A stretch of 64,000 bases of DNA from Candidatus Nomurabacteria bacterium (GCA_963842815.1 CAWJHU010000001.1:179020-243019), one strand, 5' to 3'; positions 29,443 to 39,520 are shown, counted from the stretch's first letter. Program-made: numbers and translations. Notes: generated by a model not told the origin, from the letters alone.

Positions 29443-30537
29443 CTATTTTTGTTCTTCCAAAAACTTAAAGACGGCTTCGTTGGTGAGAACATTTTCGGCA
29501 TGCATAGTGGCTCGTTCGGGGTCGGCGTCTTTGTAATGTTCCAAAATATGAGCCACTTCGCTGGCCACTTGTTCTTTGTTTGCGGAAATTTTTTCCACTT
29601 CGGCAATTTTATTTAAAATAAGGGCAAGCTTGGCTTTCTTTTCGGCGTCGGTGCGGAACTCTTTTCTCAAATCCGGAACAGTTTTGTTAAGATGTTTTAG
29701 ATAATCCTCAAATTTCAAACCCATTTGGGTGATGTCGGATTCCATACGATATAAAATTTTATCCAATTCCACCTCAATCAAAATTTCCGGCAGTTCCACT
29801 TTCAGCTCATCAATTATTTTTTCCACGATTTTCAGTCTGGTTTTTTCTTTCAGTTGATTTTCTTTTTCCAGTTTTATATTTTCTTTCAGTTTTGTTTTGA
29901 AATCAGCCACATCTTTAAAGGGCCCCAGTGCTTGCACGAATTCGTCATTAAAATCAGGTAATTCAGGTTTCACCTCATCCCCCGCCTTCTCCGAAGGAGA
30001 AGGGGCCTCTCCCTTTTGGGGAGAGGTTTGGAGAGGAGTTGAATCTTTCACGTGAATTTTTGGCGCGCGTGATTTTCGGATATCCATAATGGTATCTTCC
30101 ACTTCTTTTTCCGTTACCTCCGTGTTTTTGTCCTTCTCTGCCAGTCCGGAAATTATTTTTTTGGCGATTTGCTTATAGTCGGGGAGTTTCATCTCCGGCA
30201 AGGTGGCGGTTTTGATTTTGAAACCGAGTGGATTTTTGCGAGCCAATTTAGTAATGGAAATTTCCGGACGGCTGATGGCGTCGATTTTATTTTCCTCCAA
30301 GATTTTCGGATAGTGTTCGCTCAAAGCAAGCTCAGCCATCTCTCCCAAAATTTGAGCCTCGGGAACTTTAGCCAGCAAAACATTTTCCGGAATTTTTCCT
30401 TTGCGAAAACCGTCTATTTCCAAATTCTCCCCGATTTTTTTCAGGGCTTTGTTGAAATATTTTTCAAAAACATCAGCTTCCAATTCTCCCTCAATTTCCA
30501 CTTCGCTTTTGGGCAGTTTGTTGATTTTTATTTGCAT
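29443..30537 (-). CDS. tig: Trigger factor (short, apparently lacking the PPIase domain)
   Basis: DGFRKGKIP, LPDFNDEF. Confidence 0.9.
   Translation of the reverse strand: MQIKINKLPKSEVEIEGELEADVFEKYFNKALKKIGENLEIDGFRKGKIPENVLLAKVPEAQILGEMAELALSEHYPKILEENKIDAISRPEISITKLARKNPLGFKIKTATLPEMKLPDYKQIAKKIISGLAEKDKNTEVTEKEVEDTIMDIRKSRAPKIHVKDSTPLQTSPQKGEAPSPSEKAGDEVKPELPDFNDEFVQALGPFKDVADFKTKLKENIKLEKENQLKEKTRLKIVEKIIDELKVELPEILIEVELDKILYRMESDITQMGLKFEDYLKHLNKTVPDLRKEFRTDAEKKAKLALILNKIAEVEKISANKEQVASEVAHILEHYKDADPERATMHAENVLTNEAVFKFLEEQK
29972..30040. repeat. Double-hairpin element in-frame in tig
   Basis: ccttctcc-gaa-ggagaagg and cctctccc-tttt-ggggagagg; encodes TPLQTSPQKGEAPSPSEKAGDEV. Confidence 0.75.
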
Positions 30538-30600
30538 CCTCCTACTTTATACTAAAAAGTAATATTTTTCAAATATAATAAAAACTTTATTTTTCTATTT

Positions 30601-30768
30601 TTATTTAGCAGTTTGGTTTAGTGAATTAGAAGTTTGATTAACATTCTGGGTATTTTTCATTTCTTGTATTTTCATGAAAAATAGATAAATTCCGCCGATT
30701 ATCAGAATTATAATAATGACTATTGAGCCGAAAAGTGCGCCGTTTGATTTTTTCTCTTCTGGTTCCAT
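30601..30768 (-). CDS. Small single-TM protein
   Basis: MEPEEKKSNGALFGSIVIIIILIIGG. Confidence 0.65.
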   Translation of the reverse strand: MEPEEKKSNGALFGSIVIIIILIIGGIYLFFMKIQEMKNTQNVNQTSNSLNQTAK

Positions 30769-30909
30769 AACCCAATCATTATAGCAAAAAGAATGCAATT
30801 AATAAAGGGTTATTGCTTTTTAATTTAAAATTGATATAGTCATTTACAGTCAATAAATTATAGAAAGTCGAAGATCTATAATCCTTTATTATTAATTTTT
30901 TAAAAATTT

Positions 30910-32940
30910 ATGTTATCAATTTCGTTTGTTATTTCTATTCTTGCTTTGCTTTTTGCCGGTTATCTGGTTTTTTGGATTAAAAAACAGGATATGGGAACAG
31001 CCAAAATGCAGGAAATATATGAGGCCATTAAAAAGGGGGCCAATGCATTTTTAAAAAGGCAATATAAGACAATTGGGATAATGGTGGTTATTTTAGCTTT
31101 AATACTTTTCGGAGTTTACGCTTTGAATGGCAAGCCGACTTCCGGCCTGCAAGTCAGCCTCGCTTTTATTTTGGGCGCTTTTTGTTCTTGTCTTTCCGGC
31201 CTTGTGGGAATGTGGATTTCTGTCCGCTCAAATATCCGCACAGCTTCCGCCGCTCAAACAAGTTTCAGTAAAGCTCTAACTATTGCCCTCCGCGCCGGAG
31301 CAGTTTCCGGCATTACCATCGTTTCCATGAGCTTAATTGGCATCACCGGACTTTATCATATTTATGGTCTCTTGGGTTATACAGCTATAGAAATTCCAGC
31401 TTTGCTCGTTGGTTTCGGATTCGGAGCCAGCTTAGTGGCTTTGTTTGCCCAGCTCGGTGGAGGAATTTATACCAAAGCGGCAGATGTCGGAGCGGACCTT
31501 GTCGGTAAAGTTGAAAAAAATATTCCGGAAGATGACCCGAGAAATCCGGCCGTTATCGCAGACTTGGTTGGAGATAATGTCGGAGATTGCGCTGGCCGTG
31601 GAGCGGACCTTTTTGAATCAACAGCCGCAGAAAATATCGGAGCGATGATTTTGGGTGTGGCCCTTTTCCCTCATTTTGGAATCAATGGAATTATTTTCCC
31701 GTTGGTCATCAGAGGCTTCGGATTATTGGCAGCTATGGTTGGAGTTTTATCAGCTAGGGCCAAAGAAACAGACGAACCATTGAAAGCTTTGAACAAAGGA
31801 TATTTCATAACCTGCGGTTTGGCCACTATCGCTTTTTATTTTGTAACTATGCACATGTTGGGCAATGTTTTATACTTTTTCGCCGGACTAGTCGGCATAG
31901 CAGCCAGCATTGCTTTCGTTTTTATCACTCAATATTATACGGAACACAAATATAGGCCGGTGCAATCAATTGCCAACGCTTCAAAAACCGGACACGCCAC
32001 AAATATAATTGCCGGACTTTCTGTCGGATTTGAATGCACTGCTGCTACGGTAATAACAATTTCCGCCGCTTTGCTTGGGTCATTTAAATTAGGAGCAATG
32101 ACCGGTTTTGTATCAGGCGGACTTTATGGAACAGCTGTTGCCACTATGGGAATGCTGGCTACCGCCGCTTATGTTTTAGCTATGGATACATTCGGACCGA
32201 TTACCGACAACGCCGGAGGAATTGTTGAAATGTCCGGAGCTTCGGAACAGGTGCGCGCAAGAACAGACAAACTTGATGCTGCCGGAAATACAACCAAAGC
32301 TTTGACCAAAGGTTATGCCATGGGAAGCGCCGCGCTGGCTGCCTTTTTGCTTTTCTCCGCATATTTACAGGAAGCGGGAATCACAACTGTGGATTTGGCA
32401 AAAGTGGAAGTCTTCGTGGCCGCTTTGATAGGAGCAATGTTAATCTTTTTCTTTTCCGGTTTAACTATGAGAGCGGTAGGAAAAGCAGCCGGAAAAATTG
32501 TGGAAGAAGTCAGACGCCAATTCAAAGCTGACCCTGGGCTAATGGCCGGAACCAGCAAGCCGGATTATGCAGCTTGCGTGGATATCACCACCAAAGCAGC
32601 TTTGCGAGAAATGGTTTTGCCGGGAGTGCTTGCCGTGCTGGTCCCAATACTCGTTGGAGTCACCATGAAAGCCGAAGCGGAAGCCGGGCTGATTATGGTT
32701 GGCACCATTGCCGGAATTCTATTGGCTACTCTGATGAACAATGCCGGAGGAGCTTGGGATAATGCCAAGAAATATATTGAAATGGGAAATTTGGGCGGCA
32801 AAGGCAGTGATGCGCACAAGGCAGCTGTTACCGGCGACACCGTCGGCGACCCATTCAAAGATACAGCCGGTCCATCGCTTCACGTATTGGTAAAATTGCT
32901 TGGAACTCTTTCTCTCGCCCTAGTTGCGTTGTTTATGTAG
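30910..32940 (+). CDS. hppA: Membrane pyrophosphatase, K+-independent H+-PPase type
   Basis: DVGADLVGKVE, EDDPRN, GNTTKA (Lys marks K+ independence), GDTVGDPFKD. Confidence 0.93.
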   Translation: MLSISFVISILALLFAGYLVFWIKKQDMGTAKMQEIYEAIKKGANAFLKRQYKTIGIMVVILALILFGVYALNGKPTSGLQVSLAFILGAFCSCLSGLVGMWISVRSNIRTASAAQTSFSKALTIALRAGAVSGITIVSMSLIGITGLYHIYGLLGYTAIEIPALLVGFGFGASLVALFAQLGGGIYTKAADVGADLVGKVEKNIPEDDPRNPAVIADLVGDNVGDCAGRGADLFESTAAENIGAMILGVALFPHFGINGIIFPLVIRGFGLLAAMVGVLSARAKETDEPLKALNKGYFITCGLATIAFYFVTMHMLGNVLYFFAGLVGIAASIAFVFITQYYTEHKYRPVQSIANASKTGHATNIIAGLSVGFECTAATVITISAALLGSFKLGAMTGFVSGGLYGTAVATMGMLATAAYVLAMDTFGPITDNAGGIVEMSGASEQVRARTDKLDAAGNTTKALTKGYAMGSAALAAFLLFSAYLQEAGITTVDLAKVEVFVAALIGAMLIFFFSGLTMRAVGKAAGKIVEEVRRQFKADPGLMAGTSKPDYAACVDITTKAALREMVLPGVLAVLVPILVGVTMKAEAEAGLIMVGTIAGILLATLMNNAGGAWDNAKKYIEMGNLGGKGSDAHKAAVTGDTVGDPFKDTAGPSLHVLVKLLGTLSLALVALFM

Positions 32941-33041
32941 GAGTTTTTAAAAGTGGAGCAAACATATTGACTTATTATAATATATTATGTATTATATAAA
33001 GTAAATAATGTTGTTTAATAATTTAATAAGGAGATCTTAAT

Positions 33042-33494
33042 ATGATTAATAGTGAAAAAGAGTTAAAAAGTAAAGAGGCTGATTTCGAATTAATACATTT
33101 GACTCAGACAGTACACTCTGTGCATGATGTTCAAATGGCCTGCAAGTGTGAAGCATCAGAGGTAATAAAAACCTTAATCTTTATTGGAAATAATCCAATC
33201 GTTGTGGTTTTGCCTGGAGATAAAAGGGCAAACATTGCAAAGATTGAAGAATTCACCGGAGAACGAGGTTTGCGAATGGCTAAACCAGCAGAAGTGCTAG
33301 CGCTAACTGGTTACGGAGTAGGATCAGTATCACCGTTTGGAATTAATCCTACAATCAAACAAATTGCAGATAATTCTATACTTACACTTTCATCTCTGTT
33401 TCTTGGAAGTGGAAAAAGTGATGTTCTTATAAAAATTAGCCAGACTGAATTTAGTAAGTCATTTCGAGGTACTTTTGCATCGATCTCAGACTAA
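33042..33494 (+). CDS. YbaK/ProXp-family aminoacyl-tRNA deacylase
   Basis: IKTL, TGYGVGSVSPFG. Confidence 0.85.
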   Translation: MINSEKELKSKEADFELIHLTQTVHSVHDVQMACKCEASEVIKTLIFIGNNPIVVVLPGDKRANIAKIEEFTGERGLRMAKPAEVLALTGYGVGSVSPFGINPTIKQIADNSILTLSSLFLGSGKSDVLIKISQTEFSKSFRGTFASISD

Positions 33495-33520
33495 AACAAT
33501 CAATATCTAGAAAGGAGATA

Positions 33521-33781
33521 TTAAATGAAAATCTTGTTTATAAACACAGCAGATACTTCTCGGCATGTTTCGATAGCATAAATTGTTTCTGTAACTACGC
33601 CCTCAATAACATTTTCAACTGCTACTACCCCATACTCAACCTCTTCTTCGTCAGTTGCCTGACAAATTTCAGTATGATTAGGGTAAGGGATAAATTCAAC
33701 ACCTTCTTTTCCACTGAAAAACTTTTCAGCAGCCATAAAACCGAAGGTGGTTTTTCCGGGTCCTAAATAACCTATTTTCAT
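33521..33781 (-). pseudogene. Truncated prephenate dehydratase N-terminal fragment
   Basis: IGYLGPG-TF, YGVVAVEN..EG.V; ends after 86 aa. Confidence 0.65.
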
Positions 33782-33792
33782 AAGAATCTCCT

Positions 33793-35025
33793 TTATTCCA
33801 CTTTCACTCGATGGTGTTGTTTTTTCCCATGGCGAATCATACAGACGCCACCAGAAAAAGAGCTTTCATTTATCACCGCATTAATTGTAGTGATTTTTTT
33901 GTCATTGACATATGCTCCGCCTTGTTCAATCAATCTTCGAGCAGCATTTTTTGAAGGCGCAAGCTTGATTTCAACAAGCAAATCAGCTACAGGAATTCCT
34001 GCACTGACTCTTTCTTTACTAACCGTTGTAGTTGGAAGTCCTGCGTCATCTCCTGTTTCCTGAGAAAAAGTAGCTCTGGCAGTTTTTTGGGCTTTTTTCG
34101 CTTCTTCTTCACCATGGCAAAGAAGGGTCGTTTCAAAAGCAAGCTTTTCTTTTGCTTGGCGAATAGCGGCACCCTCAAGTCGTCCGAGCTCTTTAATTTC
34201 TTCTGTCGGAAGGAAGGTAAATAACAACAGAAATCGAACAACATCGCGGTCATCGCAGTTAATCCAATACTGATAGAAATCATACGGGGAGGTTTTATTG
34301 GCATCAAGCCAAATTGCCCCGGCTTCAGTTTTACCCATCTTCTGGCCTCTGGCGGTTGTAATAAGCGGGAAGGTTAAAGCAAAAACTGCTTGCCTTCTCA
34401 TTTTTTTTGCAAGATCAACACCAGCGAGAATATTTCCCCACTGGTCGTCGCCTCCCATTTGTAATATACAACCGTAGCGGTCAAATAAAACGAGAAAATC
34501 ATAGGCTTGCAAAAGCTGATAATTGAATTCAATGAATGAGAGTCCTTGTTCTTGTTCAAGACGTTTTCTATAACCCTCATTTTTAATCATCTCATTGACT
34601 TTGAAATATTTACCAACGTCCCTGAGAAATTCAATGTAATTGAGTCCGACAATCCAGTCGGCATTATCAACCAACAAGCCCTTCTCGCCATCCAGGGTAA
34701 GATAGCGGTTAAACTGTAAAGATAATTTAGCCATATTGCTGGCAACATCTTCCCGAGAAAGTATTTTTCTTAATTCTGTCTTTCCGCTAGGGTCTCCAAT
34801 CAAACCAGTGCCACCACCAATAATTGCTATTGGTTTGTGGCCGAGTCGTTGAAGGTGAGCCATTGCCATAATAGGCACCAAGCTACCAACGTGGAAGCTT
34901 TCAGCTGTTGGGTCAAACCCAACATAGTAAGTAATTTTGGATTTAGAAAACAAATCGCTCAAACCTTTTTCGTCTGAACATTGTTGCATAAATCCTCTTT
35001 CCTTGAGAATCTCCAATGTGTTCAT
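33793..35025 (-). CDS. tyrS: Tyrosyl-tRNA synthetase
   Basis: YVGFDPTA, HVGS, QAYDF, GGDDQWGNI, KMGKT, C-terminal S4 domain. Confidence 0.95.
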   Translation of the reverse strand: MNTLEILKERGFMQQCSDEKGLSDLFSKSKITYYVGFDPTAESFHVGSLVPIMAMAHLQRLGHKPIAIIGGGTGLIGDPSGKTELRKILSREDVASNMAKLSLQFNRYLTLDGEKGLLVDNADWIVGLNYIEFLRDVGKYFKVNEMIKNEGYRKRLEQEQGLSFIEFNYQLLQAYDFLVLFDRYGCILQMGGDDQWGNILAGVDLAKKMRRQAVFALTFPLITTARGQKMGKTEAGAIWLDANKTSPYDFYQYWINCDDRDVVRFLLLFTFLPTEEIKELGRLEGAAIRQAKEKLAFETTLLCHGEEEAKKAQKTARATFSQETGDDAGLPTTTVSKERVSAGIPVADLLVEIKLAPSKNAARRLIEQGGAYVNDKKITTINAVINESSFSGGVCMIRHGKKQHHRVKVE

Positions 35026-35290
35026 ATAATCTCCTTTATACTACATTGTTTGTGAAAAGTAAATCATTTATTAGGTTTTTTCGTTGCATTCTCTATATTA
35101 TTGTCAACGAACATACACAAATTTTATTCTACTTAAAAAATCAAGATTGTCAAGTTTTGCGAGTAACGTGCACACATACGGCGGTTTCTTCTATAATAAA
35201 AAATAAGCATATATGTGATTACAACAATCAAAGAAAATGGAGATTTACCTATTTTGAGTATAAAATTTTAATAAATGATATACTTTTTAT

Positions 35291-35851
35291 ATGGCAAATA
35301 ATTTAATTGAGGTTGAAATAAAATTTCAGATACAGGATTTATCTATTTTGGAGGAAAAAATTAAAACTGTTGGAGGCAGAGAACTATTTAAGAATGTTTT
35401 TCAAAAAACAATTAGAATGGACACTTCAGAAGAATCATTGAAAAAGAAAGGAATATTTTTGCGTGTGCGTGATGGGGAAAAGAAAATAATTACCGTAAAA
35501 TCTAAATTGCCAAATTCTGATGAAAATTATAAAGAACGACAAGAATTGGAAATTGAAGTCAGTGATATTGAACTGGCGGGAAAAATTTTAGTTGCTCTTG
35601 GTTTTACTTATAAAAGAATTATGGAAAAATACAGAACGGAATATAAATTATCAGGAACGATATTAACCTTGGATCGTTTGCCTTTTGGAAACTATTTGGA
35701 GATTGAAGGAGAAAAGGATGCAATAGAAAAGGTAATTAAAATATTGGGGTTAGAAAAAGAAACAAGATTAGTCCACAACTATTGGCACTTGTTTGAGGAT
35801 TATAAAAAAGCTAATAATTTGACCGGGGAAAATATAGTTTTTAATAAATAA
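35291..35851 (+). CDS. CYTH-domain (class IV adenylate cyclase-like) protein
   Basis: EVEIK, LRVR, EKYR, YLEIEG. Confidence 0.88.
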   Translation: MANNLIEVEIKFQIQDLSILEEKIKTVGGRELFKNVFQKTIRMDTSEESLKKKGIFLRVRDGEKKIITVKSKLPNSDENYKERQELEIEVSDIELAGKILVALGFTYKRIMEKYRTEYKLSGTILTLDRLPFGNYLEIEGEKDAIEKVIKILGLEKETRLVHNYWHLFEDYKKANNLTGENIVFNK

Positions 35852-35863
35852 AAAATATCTTCT

Positions 35864-37024
35864 TTATTCCTCTTTCACTTCCACTTTGTCGCCGTCGGTG
35901 GAAGCGACTGCTTTGCCATCGCCTTTGATGTCTATTCTCCAACCGGTGAGCTTGGCGGCGAGACGCACATTTTGTCCGCCCTTGCCGATAGCCAGAGAGA
36001 GCTGGTCGTCAGCGACTTCTATCACCGCTTTATGTTCTTTTTCATCCAGTTCTATGGAAATGACTTTGGCTGGGGAAAGGGAATTAGAAACAAATTGTTT
36101 TGGGTCTTCGGACCAAGGAATGATATCTATCTTTTCGCCCAAAAGTTCTTGAGTAATGGTATTGACCCGAGTGCCTTTTTGCCCGACACAAGAACCGACT
36201 GGGTCAATGTGTTCATCGTTGGAATGTACGGCTATTTTGGAACGGGCGCCCGCTTCGCGCGCTACTGATTTTATTTCCACCGTTCCATTTTCCACTTCCG
36301 GCGCTTCCATGGCAAAAAGTTTTTCTATAAATTTAGGATGAGTGCGGGAAAGGCGGAGGTTGATGCCTCTAGGCGAATCTTCCACCGAATATAAATAAGC
36401 TCGCACCCGCTGGCCTCTCTGGAAAAATTCTCCCGGAATCTGTTCTTCGGCAGGCAAAATGCCCGTGGCGCGATTGAAATCCACATAAACATTTCCTCTT
36501 TCTATTTTCTGCACGAGGCCGGAAACTATTTCTCCTTCTTTGGTGCCATATTCGTCAAGGACGGAAGTGCGTTCAGCTTCGCGGATTCTCTGAATGATGA
36601 CCTGCTTGGCGGTCTGGGCGGCGATGCGTCCATAATCTTCTTTGGCTTCCAATGGGAAAACAACTTCATCGTTCAATTGCACACCTTTTTTTATTTTTTT
36701 TGCGTCTTCCAGCATAATATGATGCTCGCTGTTGAAGCGAACGCGTTCATCGCCTTCTTCTTTGACCGAATATTCTTCCTCCGCATCATTTCCTTCATCC
36801 ATTCTGGCGATAGTATCGTCCACCACTATTTTTATTTGAAAAAAGTCTGTCTTGCCGGTTTCCAAATCAAACTTAGCGCGAATGATTTGTCCTTTCTTGC
36901 CGTAATCTTTTTTATAGGCGGCGGCCATGGCCTGCTCTATGGCATCCAGTATTTTTTCTTTTGGAATTTTCTTTTCTTCCTCCAACTGCTCCAATGCCGA
37001 CTTGAATGTTTTTATATCTAACAT
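35864..37024 (-). CDS. nusA: Transcription factor NusA
   Basis: GRIAAQTAKQVI, AREAGARSK, AIGKGGQNVRLA. Confidence 0.95.
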   Translation of the reverse strand: MLDIKTFKSALEQLEEEKKIPKEKILDAIEQAMAAAYKKDYGKKGQIIRAKFDLETGKTDFFQIKIVVDDTIARMDEGNDAEEEYSVKEEGDERVRFNSEHHIMLEDAKKIKKGVQLNDEVVFPLEAKEDYGRIAAQTAKQVIIQRIREAERTSVLDEYGTKEGEIVSGLVQKIERGNVYVDFNRATGILPAEEQIPGEFFQRGQRVRAYLYSVEDSPRGINLRLSRTHPKFIEKLFAMEAPEVENGTVEIKSVAREAGARSKIAVHSNDEHIDPVGSCVGQKGTRVNTITQELLGEKIDIIPWSEDPKQFVSNSLSPAKVISIELDEKEHKAVIEVADDQLSLAIGKGGQNVRLAAKLTGWRIDIKGDGKAVASTDGDKVEVKEE

Positions 37025-37169
37025 AGCTGATTTATAGTGAGCTAAGCGAACATATAAATCGCTACCCTGTAAAACAAAAATCATTTTGATTTTTCCTTGC
37101 CTTTGGCAAGGGTTTTACTGGGGTTTTAAAATTATACTCGTTTCACTCGTTAATTTAATAAACAAATCA

Positions 37170-37448
37170 TTACCCTGTTAAATACGATTTGAGCCTATTT
37201 CTTAAAAACTGTTTACCTAAATATGTTTTTAAATATTTTTCACGATGCATTGCATCATGTTTATTTAAACAAACTTCAGAATAAATCAATTCTAAGGGTC
37301 GGCGTTGTTTAGTAGAACTTACTTGACCATTACAATGTTGCTCAAATCGTGATTTCAAATCTTCTGTATATCCGACATAGAAATCCTTATCTTTATCAGA
37401 CCTTAGAACATATATGTAGTAAAACTTTTTTACTTGATTTGAAATCAT
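37170..37448 (-). CDS. Small GIY-YIG nuclease bounded by inverted repeats
   Basis: YIYVLRS..D..FYVGYT.DL..R..QH, RE.YLK; IR accctgttaaat (37172) / atttaacagggt (37447). Confidence 0.85.
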   Translation of the reverse strand: MISNQVKKFYYIYVLRSDKDKDFYVGYTEDLKSRFEQHCNGQVSSTKQRRPLELIYSEVCLNKHDAMHREKYLKTYLGKQFLRNRLKSYLTG

Positions 37449-37496
37449 TTAACAGGGTTAATAAAATTATATTCACTCCGTTCATTAATTTTAATT

Positions 37497-37561
37497 AAAA
37501 AGCCCTGTTGCGACAGGACTTGTACAATGCATAGATTAGCATAATGTGTGGTTAAATGCAA
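37497..37561 (-). promoter_or_regulatory. Promoter plus terminator-like hairpin, probable nusA leader attenuator
   Basis: TTGCAT-17-TAATCT, then aagtcctg-tcgcaa-cagggctttt. Confidence 0.55.
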
Positions 37562-37570
37562 GGCATCATA

Positions 37571-37648
37571 AACCCCCTCCCAGCCTCTCCCTTATCAGGG
37601 CGAAGAGAAGGAAAGAAAAAATTCCCCCTGACAAAAGGGTTAGGGGTT
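37571..37648. repeat. C-rich/G-rich palindromic element resembling the tig insertion
   Basis: aacccc...ggggtt outer arms with internal ccct/aggg hairpins. Confidence 0.5.
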
Positions 37649-37743
37649 ATACCCCATAATATAAAGCTAGAATGGAGCTCAGGGATAAAAGAAGCCAGGG
37701 TGTTTTAGGTTGCAATTTTTTTAATTAATAGTAAAGTATATTT

Positions 37744-38418
37744 ATGGATTCTCTCAAGAAAGTAATCGTATTGTTTTCCGGAGGAAAAGATTCTTCGGCT
37801 GCTGTTGTTGAAATGATACGTGCTGGATATAGAATTAAGTTATTTACCTATTCAGAATTTCCAGGATTAGTTGGTCCAAATGGCGATTCCCCCTCTAGTA
37901 TTAGGTATAAAGAATTGCTAAATTCTTTTCCGCAATATATTGACACTGATCGGGTAATTAGAATAAATTCGTATCTAGTTAGAAAATTAGCAATAGAAAA
38001 AACAAACAGCACTCACATAGTTTATCCAATAGCACTTGCGCTTGCAATACACGTAGATGCAATTTTATATTGCTTAGAGAACGATATTTATGATATTGCT
38101 TCTGGAAATTCTGGATATCAAGCAAAAGAGGATAGATATATTGAACAACAAAGCAACTTCTGTGAACTTATGAGAGCTTTTTTAGCGGAATATGGCATTA
38201 CATACCATACACCAGTCATAAAAAAATCAAAAAAAGAAATAATGGATATTTTGGAACAATGTAGCATTAGTTCAAACTCGCTTGAAGGTAAATCTGTATT
38301 CGGTGCTGTCCCATTTGAAGTAGATAAAGCATTGGATTTTTGGGAAGAATCTATTCCTATATGTAGAAAATATATTGCAAACTTTAGTCATATAGAAAAA
38401 AAAGAAAAAAATAATTAG
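37744..38418 (+). CDS. PP-loop ATP pyrophosphatase (QueC-like fold)
   Basis: VLFSGGKDS. Confidence 0.75.
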   Translation: MDSLKKVIVLFSGGKDSSAAVVEMIRAGYRIKLFTYSEFPGLVGPNGDSPSSIRYKELLNSFPQYIDTDRVIRINSYLVRKLAIEKTNSTHIVYPIALALAIHVDAILYCLENDIYDIASGNSGYQAKEDRYIEQQSNFCELMRAFLAEYGITYHTPVIKKSKKEIMDILEQCSISSNSLEGKSVFGAVPFEVDKALDFWEESIPICRKYIANFSHIEKKEKNN

Positions 38419-38420
38419 AA

Positions 38421-38882
38421 ATGATGATTTCAGAAAAAAATTATTTAGTTATAAGCAAGAAATTATTAGATACTGCGCGCAAAGATGGCATAGAGCGAAA
38501 ATCAGTAAAACTTGTAATAAAGAAAAAAAATACTGTGCTTATGTTAAAGCGAGCAAAAAATGACCACTTCCCGGATTTATACGAGTTGCCTGGAGGTAGT
38601 CTTAATGAAAATGAAGATATTTTTACAGGAGCTAAAAGAGAACTATACGAAGAAACGGGGTTTCTAATACAAGATTTTATTTCTCAGCTTAAAAACATTG
38701 ATTTTAATTCAATCTCTAACCAAAAAAAATGTCGCCAATATACATTTATTGTTTTACCTATTGGAAAAGACATAATTTTAAATCCAAATGAACATAGTGA
38801 ATATAAATGGGTATCTAGCGCCGAACTGGAAAATTTATATATATTTCCTAAAATTAGAATAATGATTAAAAAAATTCTTTGA
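38421..38882 (+). CDS. NUDIX hydrolase
   Basis: LPGG...E....AKRELYEETG. Confidence 0.9.
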   Translation: MMISEKNYLVISKKLLDTARKDGIERKSVKLVIKKKNTVLMLKRAKNDHFPDLYELPGGSLNENEDIFTGAKRELYEETGFLIQDFISQLKNIDFNSISNQKKCRQYTFIVLPIGKDIILNPNEHSEYKWVSSAELENLYIFPKIRIMIKKIL

Positions 38883-38963
38883 AAATAAATTGCTATTGCA
38901 ATTAATTATAGCAGTCATATAAAAAAGAAAACCTGTGACAGAGTGTTGCATATGCCACAGGTC

Positions 38964-39422
38964 TCACGAACAATATTTTCTACGATGATACTCTCCATGA
39001 AGTAGTTCGTTTACATCATTAAAAGAAACGGTTGTGATTTGTATTTCAAATGACACTCCGTTTTTATATGCAATGAATTGCAGAAGTCGTAGCACTTTCC
39101 CATTAATGCTGGGACATTCTTTTGGTTTTTTGATGTAATCATGATCAAGAAAACCGGAAAATGTTTGTGAAATTTTTTCAAGAACTGCATACGCCTCATC
39201 AATTGATTCCACAAGAATGCGTATGCCATACACATCATCAATGGAGAAAATATTCTTTGTATTTTTCAGACACATCTTTTTCCTTAATATCTCTGAATCT
39301 TTTATGCGGGAAATGATGAACAGATTTTTTACAACAGCACCCACGATACTTTTTACTTCTTCCGCAAGCATATCAATCGTACAACCTATATGCTGTTTAT
39401 ATATTGATATATTATTACACAT
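38964..39422 (-). CDS. Stand-alone RelA/SpoT synthetase-domain protein (divergent small alarmone synthetase)
   Basis: SRIK, DVYGIRI, DYI..PK, EIQIT; AGGAGG SD. Confidence 0.75.
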   Translation of the reverse strand: MCNNISIYKQHIGCTIDMLAEEVKSIVGAVVKNLFIISRIKDSEILRKKMCLKNTKNIFSIDDVYGIRILVESIDEAYAVLEKISQTFSGFLDHDYIKKPKECPSINGKVLRLLQFIAYKNGVSFEIQITTVSFNDVNELLHGEYHRRKYCS

Positions 39423-39520
39423 GGCTACAGTTGCCTCCTTTCTGTTGTGAATGTGTATACACAGAGAAAATTATTCTCTCTGTTCTCCGTATATTACTCT
39501 AAATTGTTTTAATCATTTTG

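Noticed and set aside
37025-37084. 20-aa N-terminal extension of NusA in the ORF track
   Set aside because: It derives from read-through of palindromic elements; the start at MLDIK (37024) fits better.
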